DNA of 64,000 bases, taken from Fistulifera solaris (lineage: Eukaryota). The position numbers and the translations under genes are program-made. The stretch is from assembly GCA_030295235.1 (NCBI GenBank), contig AP026162.1, positions 2,356,001-2,420,000 on the forward strand, given 5' to 3'. A model generated the notes under the pieces. It was not told the DNA's origin, made no database searches, and saw only the letters and a program-made list of their open reading frames with translations. Of the stretch, positions 1 to 12,781 are shown in pieces (the first letter of the stretch is position 1; each line of letters begins with the position of its first letter).

Positions 1-423
1 TTCCGGCTTTCCAACCTCGAAGTTACCCAAGAAGCCGTAGTAGTCAACAGCACCGACAAGGAAGAAAATCTGGGCCCATCCAAGAGCAGGGATGGCCTCA
101 AGGGCGGCAACACCGTTGGGCACATCAGCGAACTTGAGTCCAGGAGCGATCTCACCAGGGAAGCGGTAGAACTCAGGGACAACGTATCCGATCACAGCAA
201 GCTGGGCAACACGTCCGTGCTTGAGCTCAGCAGTGCGATATTGGTCGAAAACCTCAGGACCGGCACCAGCCGAAAGGCGGTAAGGATCCCAGTAACCGGT
301 GGGGGCAATAACACCGGCCTCGTCTTCGTAAGCCATCTTCAAGGCCGAAGAAGTGGCCTTGCTGGCCGAGGAAGTGAAAGCAGCGGCAGAGCCGGCAAGG
401 AGGGCAGCGATAGCGAGCTTCAT
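1..423 (-). CDS. Fucoxanthin-chlorophyll a/c binding protein, Lhcf15/red-CLH-like (copy 1; 3' end runs off the window)
   Basis: Minus-strand ATG at 423 reads MKLAIAALLAGSAAAFTSSASKATSSALKM..., a bipartite plastid signal. It contains the LHC helix-1 motif RTAELKHGRVAQLAVIGY and is paralogous to the two neighbouring copies. Confidence 0.9.
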   Translation of the reverse strand, partial: MKLAIAALLAGSAAAFTSSASKATSSALKMAYEDEAGVIAPTGYWDPYRLSAGAGPEVFDQYRTAELKHGRVAQLAVIGYVVPEFYRFPGEIAPGLKFADVPNGVAALEAIPALGWAQIFFLVGAVDYYGFLGNFEVGKPE

Positions 424-1127
424 GGTTGCTTGTGTGGTCTGGAATGCAAGTTTGAGATGATGGTTCTCCGTTGAGGATGAATCGGCAGAGGACCGTCGTC
501 GTCGACGGTCTTTTCTACGCGTTTGCGTATGTGTAATAGTTGAAGCTCGATCTTTTGCGCGATCTTTCCGTTCGCTTTTCCTTTCTTCCCGCCTTCTGCA
601 TTGTCTGGCAGACAGTACATCTTACGTCATTGAACGTAAAGCACTCTGATGTATACAGTGTGTAAAAAGTAAACGGAAATGAATCGTTTAACTCGACGTC
701 GGAGCGGTTACATTACGTCGAGTTAGGTATGCGACGTGCGACGGACCAAAAGTCTAGCTTATCTAGACTAGCTACCGGTACCTGGTTTTATCTTGAATCT
801 TGAGCCTTGAGGTACTCCAAACTGAAAGAGCGCAAGCTTATAAACACAATAAATAATCTTTTCTAGCTGATATCCTCATTCGGTGTGAAGAATCGACAGA
901 AAGAGCGCCTAAAGTCGTCTGTCTTCCATAATTCGAAAAGCTACGGTATCCTAAAGGTTCTGAGTGAGTGTTTCTCAACTGTATCAAATGGCAATTCTCT
1001 GCCTGAATTTCCAATGGCCAATCCGATGATGTGAAAAACTACTAAAACACAACGGCACAAAATAATCAGCTCAACCGCATGTTAATAATCAAGGGGAGCC
1101 GAAGGCATTACATTACTAGCTCATGAC

Positions 1128-1797
1128 TTAGTAAAGGAAGGGAAGACCGGTGATCAACTTGTCAAGACCATCGAACCCCGGGCTGACCAAGTTCTGGCTA
1201 TCATGGCGCAACAATTCCAAAACAGCAAGCATGGCGAGGCGGCCGTGCTGCAACTCCTGCAACTGACGCTGCTCCAAAACTATACAAAAGCAAGAGAAGG
1301 AAAAGGTGAGTTGCTAGACCTGCAAGTGCGTAGCACAAGATAAGCAACAAGTTTCGCGTACCTTCAGGTTCAAGGTTGGGCTGACCGGAAGGGAAGTTGC
1401 CCAAGAAGCCATAGTAGTCCACGGCACCGATTAGAAAGAACATCTGAGCCCATCCAAGAGAGGGGATGGCGTCAATGGCGGCAACACCGTTGGGCACATC
1501 AGCAAACTTGAGTCCAGGGGCAATCTCACCAGGGAAACGGAACACCTCGGGAACGATGTAACCAATGACAGCAAGTTGCGCAACACGGCCGTGCTTGAGT
1601 TCCGAAGTGCGGTACGCCTCAAAGGTTTCGGCGTCAATGTTCTTGGAGAGACCCAACGGATCAAAGAATCCAGTCGGAGCGATGACACCGAGCTCGTTTT
1701 CGTACGACATCTTCAAGACCGACGAGGATGCCTTGTTGGCCGACGGGGCGAAAGCAGCGGCAGAGCCGGCGAGGATGGCAGCGATAGCGAGTTTCAT
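1128..1797 (-). CDS. Fucoxanthin-chlorophyll a/c binding protein, Lhcf15/red-CLH-like (copy 2), 2 exons
   Basis: Exon 1 is 1797-1362, a GT-AG intron spans 1361-1280, and exon 2 gives VLEQRQLQELQHGRLAMLAVLELLRHDSQNLVSPGFDGLDKLITGLPFLY* with stop at 1130-1128. Helix motifs ELKHGRVAQLA and ELQHGRLAMLA are present. The subfamily call is from recalled similarity. Confidence 0.92.
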
Positions 1798-2605
1798 GTT
1801 TGCTTCTCGTTAGGAACGCAGCTTCAACGATTTATGTCCTCGTTTTTAAGCCACTTTTGAAGGGGATTTCCGTCGATCGATTGAAACAAGTTGAAGCTCA
1901 AATCTTTTCGTGAGTCTTTTGCTTCAAGAAATCTTTCTGTCAAAGCATTCATCCCACATCTTTAAGAAAGAAGCCTAAATCATAACGATATGGAACAAAT
2001 GTGAAGCAAAGAGCAAGTGGTGTTCCAAGTTCCGACCGCTTTTCGCTTTTGATACAACAAAAATGTGAGCGAGGCGATAGAGAAAACGATGGCGGGAAAG
2101 TACTTCGCCGCTTTGTGCGCTATACTCCGCGCTTTCGTGGCCCGCCAGCTTGTGAGGACAGCTAGGAGAATCTTTCTAGCAGATCTAAGTCTAAGTACAT
2201 TGCCGCAGTTAGTATCAGTAATTTCTATAATCTGGATTAACATGTCGGAAGCGTACGTAACATCATGCTGCTATGCAACTTAAGCTTTCTTTGTCTGTTA
2301 GAAGAGAGAGGAAAATGATGAACGATGTTTCGTGGGGCTCGGTGAAGTGCATCAATGTCACTTTCTCCAAGCATAATTAAAACACTCCTCGGATTGTATT
2401 TGTGTTCAGTTCTCATGCCTACAAATCCTAAACCGGCGTAACTTTCAGCAACAGTCAGGACAAGGATGTTGAAACGCCGACGATCCTCCGCTTTCGTACA
2501 GGGAATCTATTCGAAAAGAAGTCCCCAGCTACAATTATTTGTCACTGAATAATCATCTAATCAAACGATAATACAATCGTGAGCAAACGAAAAAACTATA
2601 GTTGT

Positions 2606-3266
2606 TTAGTAAAGGAAAGGAAGACCGGTGATCAACTTGTCGTAGCCATCGAATCCAGGGCTGACGAAGTTCTGGCTATCGTGACGAAGCAATTCCAAGA
2701 TGGCAAGCATGGCAAGGCGTCCGTGCTGCAACTCCTGCAATTGGCGCTTCTCCAAAACTGCGATGGAAGGGATTTGGTAAGTAATCAAGTCATAGATACC
2801 TCAATTGAAAAGGTGAAAAGCAGTGCGTACCTTCGGGTTCGAGGTCGGGTTGACCAGCGGGGAAGCTTCCCAAGATACCGTAGTAATCCACGGCACCGAT
2901 AAGGAAGAAAATTTGGGCCCAGCCGAGGGTGGGGACAGTGTCGATAGCGGCAACACCGTTGGGGATATCCGCGAACTTGAGTCCAGGGGCGATCTCACCA
3001 GGGAACTTGTAGATCTCAGGAACGATGTATCCAATGACAGCTAGCTGGGCAACACGACCGTGTTTGAGCTCAGCGGTACGGTACTGGGCGAAAGTCTCGG
3101 CATCGATGTTCTTAGAGAGTCCCAACGGATCGAAAAAGCCAGTCGGGGAAATGGTACCGAGCTCGTTTTCGTACGACATCTTCAGGGCCGATGAGGAGGC
3201 CTTGCTGGCCGAGGAAGTGAAAGCAGCGGCAGAGCCGGCGAGGAGGGCAGCGATAGCGAGCTTCAT
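2606..3266 (-). CDS. Fucoxanthin-chlorophyll a/c binding protein, Lhcf15/red-CLH-like (copy 3), 2 exons
   Basis: Same architecture as copy 2, with the intron (2830-2758) at the identical position (LEPE/V) and the C-terminus KLITGLPFLY*. Confidence 0.92.
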
Positions 3267-3842
3267 GGTTGCAAAAGGTTATCAATAAACAATCTTTTGA
3301 ATGATCGGTTGGATTGGATAAGGGGCGACTTTCGTCTTCAACGCAGAAAGCAGACGCAAGCCGAAATAAACAGAAGTTGAAGTCATTATGGCCGCGATCT
3401 TCGTAGCACATGTCGCATAGTTACCCAGCACTACTCAACATCTTATTAACACGTATTTGTGGGTCGCGCAGTACTGGTACCAGTAGTGTCGTGAGAAACT
3501 AAGGGGTGTGCCGGACGAAGGCAAGACGATCGAGCTAAGGACGAAGCCTCTCTAGTCTCTATCGCCCATGAAATGCACACTTCACATCTTCTTACGTATA
3601 GATATATCGTTATAACGCGAACGTTGAGCGACGAATCCGGCATGCGCGACCCATTAAGATTCATGTTCGCGGCGCGCGATGAGCGACAACAAACGAGCTA
3701 CAAGTATGTCGATGTTCATAACTCATACCTGGTTAGCAGAGGAACAGAATCATCATATCAATTGATGTGCCGAAACTAGAGTATAGTCTTTATGCAACAA
3801 GTAAATAGTACGGAGAAGCAAAAATCCGGTACCTTGAGCACA

Positions 3843-4788
3843 TCACAAACCGCAAAGATCTCGGATTATGTGCTTGCCGTCTTTCGAAGAAGAAGAAGAA
3901 AGAGCCTCATAATCCATCAAATTCCACACAAATTTTACCGGCTGCGAAGATGGATCTACGGTTAGCAACTTAAGAAAAATGTTAGGAGATTCCACTTGGT
4001 GAATATCACACAGTCGACAGGCAACTTACGGAGAGCCGCCCTAAGCACACATAGGGACTAAAAGTCTTTTGATCGGAAACAAACGTTCGACACCAGAGAA
4101 CAATTCCTTCTGACGACGATTTCTCTAAATCGGCTTTCAACCCTATTGTTTTCAGCTTTTGAATCACCGGGGTGTTTTCATGCATCCGACTGCCACCAAA
4201 CCAGCTTACTTCCCGCCCGTCGTTAAAGAAATCATTTACAACATCACTGTTCGGAGCACCTAAATTGACCCAGAGAAACAAGACATTGTTACCCCATTCT
4301 TGCACGCCAGAATATTTATTGAAAGACACTTGATGAACATCATCCGCAACCGCCAATCGAGCCGATTCTTCCATGACAAATGCTTTGCCGGTGTGAGCCA
4401 TTTTCTTTCCCAGTAGGCCGGGTGAGTCGCTATCTCCATAAATGAGTTTGAGAATATTCAACTTCATTGCTCTGGCAGAGTGGGCAGGAAAAGTCTGTGG
4501 TTCTTTCGTAAAAACGACGGTTTTGGGCGATGAGCGTTTTACTTTTGCCCGGCGCGGAACCGTTTCCGGCACATTCGACAAATCCGCGGATGGAGAAGAC
4601 CGTTTCCGAGAAGAACGACGAAGTGGTACGTATTCAGCATTAAAAGATTCTTTCTTGGTTATTTTCGACACGGTGGCGCTTTGAGGAGAAAGTCGGTTTG
4701 GTTTGTCCAAACCCAATTCCTTCAGTCGCGCTTGATTCCGAGCGATCTTCTCTCTTCTTAGTCTCAGGTAGGGGTTTTCTGCCTCCAT
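3843..4788 (-). CDS. Putative nuclear protein with C-terminal DUF3427-like (SRA/PUA-type) domain
   Basis: N-terminal NPYLRLRREKIARNQARLKELGL motif, then a basic linker, then SFNKYSGVQEW..LFLWVNL..NDFFNDGREVSWFG..IVLWCR..PYVCLGRLS. A predicted intron at 4029-3969 adds LLTVDPSSQPVKFVWNLMDY, which matches the DUF3427 'P..(I/V)W.L' end. Confidence 0.6.
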
Positions 4789-5188
4789 TGGTTAATATCA
4801 GGTCTTTGATAGCTACACTAACTTTTTTAAACTCAACTCATGCGATCTTTTGAGCACTTTCTGTTCACATCAAAGCATGCGAACAAGAAATGGATCATCA
4901 CTTCCGTATAGAACGCGAAATAATTATGTTTTCGCGAAAACTGCCACCACATCTGGCCGTCAGTACATCGTCCGTCAGGCAGTTACTCCCACGAGTACTG
5001 CTACGACATCTCTTTCCGATCGAATCCGATGTTCTGCGAACAGCAAACGAGTCACGCATTCGTAGAGTGCGCACGTCAAAAAAGTACCTATACGCTATAC
5101 GAGAGGCAGATTCACGAAAACAGAATTCCTTTATTTGACACGCAACATTCATTCCGTCTCGTCATCAACTGTTTTATTACACAACAAC

Positions 5189-5746
<558 letters not shown>

Positions 5747-6347
5747 AAGAACTCATTGGAAACTGGTGGATTGCATTGGGATTCGTGCTGGGGTGCTTCA
5801 CGATGACAAAGCGCTTCACTCAATGTGTATATCGATAACGAAAATCAAAAGGATAATATTCTTTCTCAAAGAGTCAAAGAGGGTCTCTTTAGTTAATCTG
5901 CATTGCTAGAACGAGTTAGGACATATTGTTCTGCCTAGTATCGCACCCATTCACCAATCGACGATTATAGGCAAGAGTAATCCTCCTACACTTAACTTCG
6001 ACCTCAAGGAATGCATACTTGTACACGCTCAAAGGAACTGATGATAGTCGCACTATTACTCCGTTGTTCTTCTTAAAACCAAAAACGCGTAAGCTGGAGC
6101 ATGCAACACGCATGCATCGCATTGTCTTGCTCTTAAGAAAACTCACATTAGGTCTCCGTTGTGGATGAACCTCTCACGTTTGAGAATTCACAGAACGGAC
6201 GAAGATCAAACATTCCGAAAGAAGTTGTAACCTAAAACAACTGAAGCTGTAAACTACGATGCTCGGAGATAACTCATTTATTTGGTATATAAAAGACTAG
6301 CGTACCGCTTAAGTTGCTCCGCTTCACTCCGCACTTAGACAGCTAGT

Positions 6348-7604
6348 TTACTTCAGATTCGCCTCGACAGTAATTTGCGCCAGTAAACCAAAATGGTCAC
6401 TAGGAGCAACGGGAACGGAATGTACGGAACTGTTGTAAGAAGTCGTCTTAACGCAAGAAAGGCCCGGGAGTGCTTCTTTCCCCAAGATCTCGGTGCGTTG
6501 TACTTGGGACGCACTGTCGGGATACAATAGTATGCGGTCCAATCGCCGTCGAAAATTATCTCTTATCATAGGATTTAATTTGGCGTCGTAAGTATAACCA
6601 ACCGCTTTCTTGTTGTCGCCGTGCAAATGTTCCCAAGCATCCTTCCAGGGCTTTTTCAAGTGTTTTGACATCACGGGATCAGCGCTGCGTGCTCGCTCAT
6701 CATCCCAATTCAAATCACCCGTAATCACTGCACATCGTATGTTGGGATATTCGGATAGGGTCTGTAAGCAAAAATCTTCCATTTCAAGAATTTGACTTTG
6801 TCGTTCCGTCGATCCGGGACGGTCTTTCCCCAAGGGTGATTCCAAATGGGTCGTAGTAAACACGAATTCCTGCGCCGTCGACAATCGAACTCGCGCGTAC
6901 AAAATACCACGGTTCATGATCGAATGTCGGAAGGGTCGAAATCCCGAGTCAAGAATGGTAGCCACGTCATTTCGAATCGCCATGGCACATCCGTAAGGAA
7001 CCAATTGAATGGGCTGACGCACGATGGAGTATCCTTGGAGTTCTAAAGCGGGAAACAGCACCGAAGCCAGCGGTGGTATGACTTCTTGAAATCCTACCAT
7101 GACGAGTGGGCTGTCGACTTTGTCGCATTGCGATAAGATTTGGGCAATGGCTTTCATGCGTTCGGTGGGATAAAGCATTTGGAACCATAGATTGTAGGTG
7201 ACGATTTGAAAGCTAGCCAGGGACGCGGGATCTATCGACGAGAGCGCTGCCGCCGGACGTTTTCGTGAGCTAGAAGACGTCTTCAAAGATGATTGTGTGC
7301 TCTGCGCTGGTGGGACAGTAGCATAATCCATGAGATTGACACTATCATCGCTTTTATTGCTAGCGGCTTGTGTTTCGGGAATGTCATCTTTAACATCATC
7401 ATCGTCGTCGTTGCTTTCACAAAGGTCATTAGTAGGATGACGCGCAGTGGATCGACTGGAAGGAGCAGCAGTAGCAGCAGACGTTTCGGTAGAAGGTCCT
7501 ACTTGTCCGAGAGCCTCCAGTCCGCGCTGCCGCATTTCTTGTCGTGAAACTTGAGCAGTTATTGTACCACCAAGCGCTGCACCTGTGCTATTTATATTAT
7601 CCAT
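6348..7604 (-). CDS. Tyrosyl-DNA phosphodiesterase 2-like EEP-family phosphodiesterase
   Basis: 418-aa ORF with EEP motifs TYNLWF, GFQEV, TTTHLES, TGDLNWD, YTYD..N, RLDRI and PSDHFGL. Confidence 0.85.
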   Translation of the reverse strand: MDNINSTGAALGGTITAQVSRQEMRQRGLEALGQVGPSTETSAATAAPSSRSTARHPTNDLCESNDDDDDVKDDIPETQAASNKSDDSVNLMDYATVPPAQSTQSSLKTSSSSRKRPAAALSSIDPASLASFQIVTYNLWFQMLYPTERMKAIAQILSQCDKVDSPLVMVGFQEVIPPLASVLFPALELQGYSIVRQPIQLVPYGCAMAIRNDVATILDSGFRPFRHSIMNRGILYARVRLSTAQEFVFTTTHLESPLGKDRPGSTERQSQILEMEDFCLQTLSEYPNIRCAVITGDLNWDDERARSADPVMSKHLKKPWKDAWEHLHGDNKKAVGYTYDAKLNPMIRDNFRRRLDRILLYPDSASQVQRTEILGKEALPGLSCVKTTSYNSSVHSVPVAPSDHFGLLAQITVEANLK

Positions 7605-8199
7605 TCTTTTGTTCTTGCATATCTCTTGAGGAAGTAGTAGTAGTTGCTCGTGGAGAAATCGGTCGTTATTTCATGCTATACCGGAAGGAATTCTCAGAAT
7701 GGCGAATGTCAAGAGTCTCTCTATGCGCATCGACGGAGAGTTGGATCGCCAATCAACACACAAGTCTTTTTTTGGAGACTCAAGCCTTTTGAATCGATCT
7801 AGTGAGAAAACGGTGTCAATAAGTACAAGGTACAAGTACAGCAACAATGGAGATGAAGGAATAATGATAGTATATAGTGCGATGTGGAAAGATCGCAAAA
7901 TGCAAAACCCACTGCGTTCTCCGCTACAGTCTTTTCAACAGACAACTGACGTCGCACAAGCAGTCAAACGGAAATGGGAAGGTCTTGCCAAAACGCAAAC
8001 GAAGGACAAACGGTATTTATTACCAGTATCCAGTATCGTAAAGTTTACTTTACCAAACTCAATAACGGGAGGACAAAACGTGAGAGGTTATAATCCGAAG
8101 ACAAAAATGAGATTTCCCCCCTTTATTCATAAGCATCTTTTTGCACCCGACTTCATTTAGTTCATCGATTGCGACAGTCCAGATATCGAAAATCGAAGA

Positions 8200-9251
8200 A
8201 TGTTATATATCCGGTGCGGATGCGCCTGGGGTTTAGCGTGGCTTTTGAGCTTTATTGTGCAGAAAATTGACGCGTTCTCGCTCGGAAAGGTGTTGAAACA
8301 ACAACCAAACACTCGTTTACCGCTTTACTCCGACTCTTCAGAGAACAATAGGCAAGAGTCTTTCTATCCAAGCAACAATAGACGACTCTTGATTCATGAC
8401 ATAGGTGCATCATTGTTCTCTACGGCTTGTTTGGCATCAACATCGACAGTATCCAATGCAGACGAAGCTACTTCTTCGACACAATACATCGATGCATCGC
8501 AAGCGAAAATCACAAACAAAGTTTACTTCGACGTCAGAGTATCACGACAAGATGGGAGCTTTTACGTACGTGATGATTTACCTGATACGCCAGAAAATCA
8601 AGTATTCTATGGAAAGATTGTGGTTGGCCTCTTTGCCCAGAATGCACCCGCACACGTGGAGAAGTTCCTCTCCTATATCCCTTCGTCTTCCGACTCTTTG
8701 TTGGAAGAAAACCCTTACCAAGTTATGGACGGTCCCAATTTCCTCGGATCGATCAGAGCACGGGTTTGCTATGGGGCGGCAAGATACCCAGTCTTCAAGT
8801 GGCCGAGTATGGTGGTAGTTCAGCACTTCAGTATTATGGCCGCATTTTACCGGCATCGTTGTGGCTGGAACGCGACCGCGATCTGCGGCGGATTTCACAC
8901 AATCAGAAAGGATTGTTGACTCATGCAAACTTGGACCTCACTCCGGAATTTGCGATCACCACGCGACGTGACGGTACGGAGCTAGACGGTCGGTACACGG
9001 TCTTTGGCAAGATTCTGGAGGATGAGTCCTCCGATCAGTTCTTATCACTGATACAAGATCTGCCAACGTACGAAATCAACCGCCCGACTTCGACGGATGG
9101 CGTTGTGGAGGATGCGGCTTCCGTCATCTATAATGCACAACGACAGTTCTTTCGCAACACAGCAAAACGTTTTGGTGATTCGCGTTTGGACAAGACCTAC
9201 GAGGGCAAATTTTTACGACGAGTCGAAGTCACGCAAGTGGGCGTACTATGA
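8200..9251 (+). CDS. Cyclophilin-like PPIase, probably plastid/thylakoid targeted (1 frameshift near 8712)
   Basis: Signal peptide with DAF cleavage motif, AKITNKVYFDVRV..GKIVVGLFAQNAPAHVEKF, then in the second frame PEFAITT..ELDGRYTVFGKILE..RRVEVTQVGVL. Confidence 0.75.
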
Positions 9252-9331
9252 TCACAACACAGAGGACGTAAAAGCTATCTTTCTATGCGCTACTCCATTT
9301 TACATAACATTTATAGCATAGCATAATCTGC

Positions 9332-10512
9332 TTACTTCCGATCTAAGCAGGGGTCTCGTTCCCAGGAGGGCATTAGTTCATTGACAAAATAGTCGCGTGA
9401 TGATACCGTGACATCCGGTGCGTAAACAAAGTACTCCCGTATCCATCTACTGGCGTTGACGGCCTGCTCCATCAGAATAGCGCGCAGATCTTGAAATTCA
9501 TCATCGCAAATATCTATTTTCTTCAGCGACGTCTTCTCGATTACTTGTGCATCCGTATGTTTCTTCCCTGGCTTGAACCATATCATGGGCGGAATCTCCC
9601 TTTGTAATCCTAAGAAATGTTGCAAGTCTACACGAAATTGAGTCTCGTATTTCGGGTCACTCAGTTGCGAAACTTCATATAGTAATATCTGGCGATTGTT
9701 GGGTGGTAATGGTTTGATGGATCGGGGTAGCCATTGAGGCGCAACGTATTGCAGCTCTTCCTCAGTTCGATTTGTTTTTCCTAGATTGATCAATGGTATA
9801 TGAAAATTGGCTCGGAATGTACAGAGATTAAAAAATCCTTTCCGACATTTGCCGACCAGCTCATTTGGTGGGGGCATTTTGAATTCATTGTGAATACGAA
9901 AGTTATAAAAACTCTCAAACCTTTTCGAAAACACGTGAGTGGGACGATTGACCGATTACAAAGTTACGAGAGACTCACCATAAAACAGGATGTCGAATTC
10001 CGATCAAGAAACGAGTAGTGGGAAAGTATTGGAGATAGTTTGGCATACCAAGCTGCGTCGATTCGACATCCATCGGACATTTCAAACCTCGTGCATAATC
10101 CCCCCTCAGGAAACTCATTGTATAGATCTCGGATGAGTCGAGCTTGTTTGTTAAAGGCCATATCACACCGCTCGTCGGAGAATATTTGCACTTCGGGGTG
10201 GTTCTGTAAGTGAAACATGAGGGTGCTCGTTCCGCATTTCGGGAAGCCAATTATTGCGAAATTGAGGAGCCAGGAGGCATCACCAGTTACGTTATAATCG
10301 TTCACAAGCGACTCCAGGGGAGGACGAGGGCGTGGCTCGCGATAAAGGAGCTCCAAGCTCCTCTCTGTCGCGTTCGGTGAAGCAAAATAGGAAGTCGTTA
10401 GGCCTGAAGAAATGGGGCGCGTGTGCCAGTGTCCTAAGGCGATATTGATGAATGATACTATGAATGCGGCGGCAGCTAAGACCAAATACGGTAAGACACT
10501 CCGTCTGATCAT
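9332..10512 (-). CDS. Type II membrane sulfotransferase-like protein (intron and frameshift)
   Basis: N-terminal TM helix, PAPS-binding motif NFAIIGFPKCGTSTLMFHLQNHPEV, then GLKCP and FLIGIRHPVLW/FESFYNFR across frames and an intron near 9925-9980. Confidence 0.75.
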
Positions 10513-10827
10513 CGTTTTTGTGCCGTATGACAATCCATCTTCATGGTCGAAGTGGCGGTTTCATGAACTGTGTGTCATGGTCACAATGTTTTTCTCCATT
10601 TTTAATTTTGGCATCATTAAGTGCCACAAGGTGTCGTAGCGGTCTATTCGCCCCTTATGGTTCTTGTCCGTTGATTGATTCGCGGATGACAACGGTAATC
10701 GAATATCGTTTATTATGTAGATATTTTCCAATTTTTTGTACTACCAACATTCTCAACGTCTACATTTTTCGGTAGAGTGCACCGATTTCGGCCTTTACGC
10801 AAAAACCCGAAAAGACATTCCACCAAA

Positions 10828-12291
10828 ATGGCAAGCCAATTTTCCGGAAACGAGATCATTTCCACGCTTCAAGCTACCACGATGCTTATAATCATCTTAT
10901 TTCTCATATTATCCATCTCCCATGCACAACAAAATACTGAGAAAAATAGAGAACTCATCGTTGGGGGCGAGGAAACGAAAGAAGGAAGGTTTTCTTTCGC
11001 CGAGATCAGTTTGCAAATAAGACGGTCTCATCAATGCGGCGGAACGCTCATTGCACCCGATATGATACTGACAGCCGCCCATTGTCAAAGCTGGATAGAT
11101 ACGGCACACATTCATCGCTACGATTTTAAAGACAAATCGGATGTTTACATGGAAATGGATCCAGCTTTCATTCATGTACACCCAGAGTTCAACCCGTCTA
11201 CCTTTCAAGCTGATTTTTCCGTTGTGGGCTTGGGCCGGCCCGTGCCGTCGGCTCAAATAGTGAGACTGAACACTTTTGCAAGCGTACCGTCCGCAAACGA
11301 CCCCGTTGTCGTCATAGGATGGGGTGCAATCAATGTTACCGACCCTTCCAACACAATCTACCCAAATCGACTGCAAAAAGCCCACATCAATTACATTACC
11401 AACGAAGAGTGCGAAAAAGCAGAAGTGCAAGGACAAGCGTTATATACTGGTGAAATATATAGTGACATGCTGTGCGCTACCAGTCCTGGAGTCGACGCGT
11501 GTCGGGGTGATTCGGGAGGACCCTTAATCATGGAAGGTGCTGTAGAAGGTGAAGATGTGCAAGTAGGAATCGTGAGTTGGGGGAGAGGCTGCGCTCTTTT
11601 TCCGGGTGTTTATAGTCGTGTGAGCGACGGTTACGCTTGGATTCGAAAAGAGGTTTGTGCATATTCCGTGGATCCTCCAGCTTACATGAGGTGCCGCGAC
11701 GAGGAGCGTGACTCCAAATTCCTGTCACCGGGCCCTCTAGAGCAAAGCATTCCGAGTATAGCACCAGTACTCCAGCGATCCAGTGGTAGAGTGGATGTGG
11801 AAATTGTCATTCAATTGGATCAGCAAAGTCATGAAACGTCATGGACTTTGTCGGACAATGACGGCAACGTCTTGGTCAACGTGCCGTATGGAGCCTATGC
11901 CAATTTATCTGCTCAAAGTATTGACTTTACTGTGCGAGTCGATGAAGGATCGGGTTTATTGTTCGTCATAAAAGACGAGGCGTTCAACGGCATGAGTCAA
12001 GGGGTCCCTGGGTGGTATAAAGTTTATCTTCTTTCCGACCTCCAAAGAGTCGAAATTATCTCGGGGGATGGAGATTACGGACGTGTCGCGTTTCATAGAT
12101 TTACTGCCAGTTTATCATCAGCTGTCGGGGAACAGTCCAGCAATCAAAGAGACGACAACGGCCCAAACGTCTTTTCTGGAACCTTTCCAGACATTTCAGG
12201 TGATCACACGAGTGGTACCTTTACTCATACAACGGGCACTCTTCTGGCAGCATCCTTGTGCCTAATCTTTCTTGGACCAAGATGTATATAG
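10828..12291 (+). CDS. Secreted trypsin-like serine protease (S1A) with C-terminal extension
   Basis: Signal peptide, REL-IVGG activation site, HQCGGTLIAPDMILTAAHC, ADFSVV, DACRGDSGGPL, GIVSWGRGC and PGVYSRV. The C-terminal tail is hydrophobic. Confidence 0.93.
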   Translation: MASQFSGNEIISTLQATTMLIIILFLILSISHAQQNTEKNRELIVGGEETKEGRFSFAEISLQIRRSHQCGGTLIAPDMILTAAHCQSWIDTAHIHRYDFKDKSDVYMEMDPAFIHVHPEFNPSTFQADFSVVGLGRPVPSAQIVRLNTFASVPSANDPVVVIGWGAINVTDPSNTIYPNRLQKAHINYITNEECEKAEVQGQALYTGEIYSDMLCATSPGVDACRGDSGGPLIMEGAVEGEDVQVGIVSWGRGCALFPGVYSRVSDGYAWIRKEVCAYSVDPPAYMRCRDEERDSKFLSPGPLEQSIPSIAPVLQRSSGRVDVEIVIQLDQQSHETSWTLSDNDGNVLVNVPYGAYANLSAQSIDFTVRVDEGSGLLFVIKDEAFNGMSQGVPGWYKVYLLSDLQRVEIISGDGDYGRVAFHRFTASLSSAVGEQSSNQRDDNGPNVFSGTFPDISGDHTSGTFTHTTGTLLAASLCLIFLGPRCI

Positions 12292-12781
12292 GCTTTCAAT
12301 GAAATAAATTTTATAGATTGACTAGATGCCTGCCATTTCGGTTGCTGTTACCTATAGCGGTCGTCGAATTTTACTATAGGACAAAGTGTAAGTAGCATTT
12401 AACACGACTGGTCTAGCAAATTAATCACGAATGACTTTTTTAGTAAATGGTTACGCTTTGTATTGCTCGCATCCACCAAAATTTCCCTTGTTCTCGTAAC
12501 ATAATGTAGTTTGAAGTCATCATTAGTCCAGTTATGATGGATTGTAGGCTACGTCGAAAGTTTTGACCGGTTTCATATTTGACTATGTACCCAAGGTGTA
12601 GATGACGTTTTTCTGTGAGTGATTTTTTTGTTCGTGACTCATTCGACGCAAAAGCAAAACGCGGGGTGCAAAAAATAACGAGGTGCGCGTCGCGATCACG
12701 ATGATGCGGTCATCATCATCACCATTATCATCTTTTATCTCTTGTTTTACTACAAACTATACAAAATTATAGTTCTTTATC

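Noticed and set aside
1..3266. LHC genes as LHCX/LI818 photoprotective proteins
   Set aside because: They lack the LHCX-type HPLF/GPAI motifs. The PGEIAPGLKFAD.PNG and GLPFLY features fit the Lhcf-type/Lhcf15 group better.
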